From: Candidatus Hodarchaeaceae archaeon
Lineage (GTDB): Archaea > Hadarchaeota > Hadarchaeia > Hadarchaeales > Hadarchaeaceae
Assembly: GCA_030018135.1 (NCBI GenBank)
Contig: JASEGJ010000011.1
Location: forward strand, 1 to 36,020
DNA: 36,020 nt
Direction: 5' to 3'
Positions 34,958 through 36,020 of this stretch are shown here, piece after piece; positions within the stretch are counted from its first letter, which is position 1; each line of letters opens with the position of its first letter. The translations under genes and the position numbers were made by a program. The notes below the pieces were generated by a model. That model worked only from the letters and a program-made list of their open reading frames with translations. It was not told the origin of the DNA and made no database searches.

Positions 34958-35728
34958 GTGCGGGTGTTGGGTTTAAACATGCCGCTAATCAAGCCGGGCG
35001 ATGAGCTGCCACAGATGATTTTGAAAGCCGCTGAGCAGGTCGGCGGCCTCAGGGACGGCGATATCGTAGTCATAGCATCGAGCGCCCTCGCAACCGCGCA
35101 GGGGCGCCTTAGGAGGCTCGCGAGTGTCCGCGCGTCCCCTCGCGCGAAGCAGCTGGCGAAGGAAAGCGGCCTCGAGCCAGAATTTGTGGAGCTTGTGCTC
35201 AGGGAGGCAAAAGAGATTTTGGGTGCGACCAAGCGGGCCTTGATGACCCTTAAGGGTGGCACGTTCCGTGTGAATGCCGGCATAGATCACTCCAATGCTC
35301 CCCCAGGGTACGTCGTGTTAATGCCAGCCAAGCCAAATCGGGCCGCAAACGAGATCATGCGGGCGCTTAGACAGCAGTCAAATGCCCTCGTCGCCGTAAT
35401 AGTCGCGGACAGCCACATTCAGCCGCTTCGACTCGGCACGATCGGCATGGCGGTCGGCGTCGCTGGCATGGAGCCGGTGATCGACTGTCGCGACCAACTC
35501 GACCTCTTCGGCAAGCCCCTGCGGATAACCTTCAGAGCTGTAGCGGATCAGCTCGCTTCGGCGGCGCAGGTCTTGATGGGAGAGGGCGCTGAGCGGGTGC
35601 CGGTCGTAGTCATACGCGATGTAGGCGTGGCCCTCGTGGACGCGCCAAAAGTCTCGCCTAAAATTGCGCCGAAGCGCTGCGTGTACATCGGCTCGTTGAA
35701 GCTCCTAAAGCTTTTTAAAAGGCGCTGA
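34958..35728 (+). CDS. Second CofE-family gamma-glutamyl ligase, probably pterin/folate-directed (FolC2-like)
   Basis: 'NAGIDHSN', 'DSHIQPLRLG', 'DLFGKPL', 'MGEGAERVP'. Directly downstream of folP. Confidence 0.75.
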   Translation: MRVLGLNMPLIKPGDELPQMILKAAEQVGGLRDGDIVVIASSALATAQGRLRRLASVRASPRAKQLAKESGLEPEFVELVLREAKEILGATKRALMTLKGGTFRVNAGIDHSNAPPGYVVLMPAKPNRAANEIMRALRQQSNALVAVIVADSHIQPLRLGTIGMAVGVAGMEPVIDCRDQLDLFGKPLRITFRAVADQLASAAQVLMGEGAERVPVVVIRDVGVALVDAPKVSPKIAPKRCVYIGSLKLLKLFKRR

Positions 35729-35775
35729 GGTGGGCCCGCCTAGCTTCAAATTCCCGTTCGCACTATGTGCTTGAT

Positions 35776-35890
35776 TTGGGCATAAGTTGAGCAGATTATA
35801 CGCCATTTTGGGGCAAAAATATTGCAGGCTTGATAGACAAAAATTGGGCAAGAATCGAGCAGTTTTAGAGCTATTTCTAGGCAAGAGGCA
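35776..35890. repeat. Degenerate ~34/68-nt tandem repeat in non-coding DNA
   Basis: GGCA cores at 35779, 35812, 35847 and 35880. The units starting at 35776 and 35844 share 23 of 34 positions by hand alignment. Confidence 0.4.
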
Positions 35891-36020
35891 GCCCGTAAAT
35901 TGACGAGCGGAAAACAGCCTTTGTATGCCGCCCGAGTTGGCCGTACGATCGCCCCCGCACAGTTATCGCCTCTTCAAAATGACCACCGTAGCAACAGCTA
36001 TGATCGCAATCAGGGATAGC

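Noticed and set aside
35729-36020. CRISPR array
   Set aside because: No identical repeats with unique spacers, and no cas genes in the window.
1-36020. Numerous 60-220 aa antisense or overlapping ORFs in the track
   Set aside because: Expected shadows of GC-rich coding sequence. Each overlaps a well-supported gene and shows no motif.

Overview
Archaeal chromosomal window: TATA-like promoters, many TTG/GTG starts, a BHB-intron tRNA, and F420 biosynthesis genes. The lineage cannot be fixed from this sequence alone. In order it holds: (1) GNAT, PRTase-like and Lrp-RAM genes; (2) an Lhr helicase converging on a coupled three-gene operon encoding a half-length, apparently hinge-less SMC ATPase with Smc5/6-type head motifs, a kleisin-like protein and a kite (Nse1/Nse3/MAGE-like) protein, with a divergent unknown gene; (3) tRNA-Ala(CGC) with a 14-nt intron, an ABC-2 exporter with a frameshifted permease, a CxxC-x17-CxxC microprotein missing from the ORF track that sits behind a structured leader, tRNA-Ile(GAT) and TIP49/RuvBL; (4) a CARDB surface protein, probably frameshifted; (5) a split FdrA-DUF1116-acyl-CoA synthetase cluster divergent from a cyclase-family hydrolase; (6) trpB2 with two duplicated Lrp-RAM genes, and LysE; (7) a full cofC/G/H/D/E set interrupted by a free-standing LAGLIDADG gene, then mer, an FpoF/FrhB-like gene, gcvT, a 22-aa Cys-rich peptide ORF missing from the track ahead of a radical SAM/SPASM enzyme, folP and a second CofE-family ligase. 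The best candidates for new biology are the miniature Smc5/6-like complex, the peptide/rSAM-SPASM pair, the F420/pterin C1 module and the structured 5' leader. All calls come from reading motifs by eye; no searches were run.
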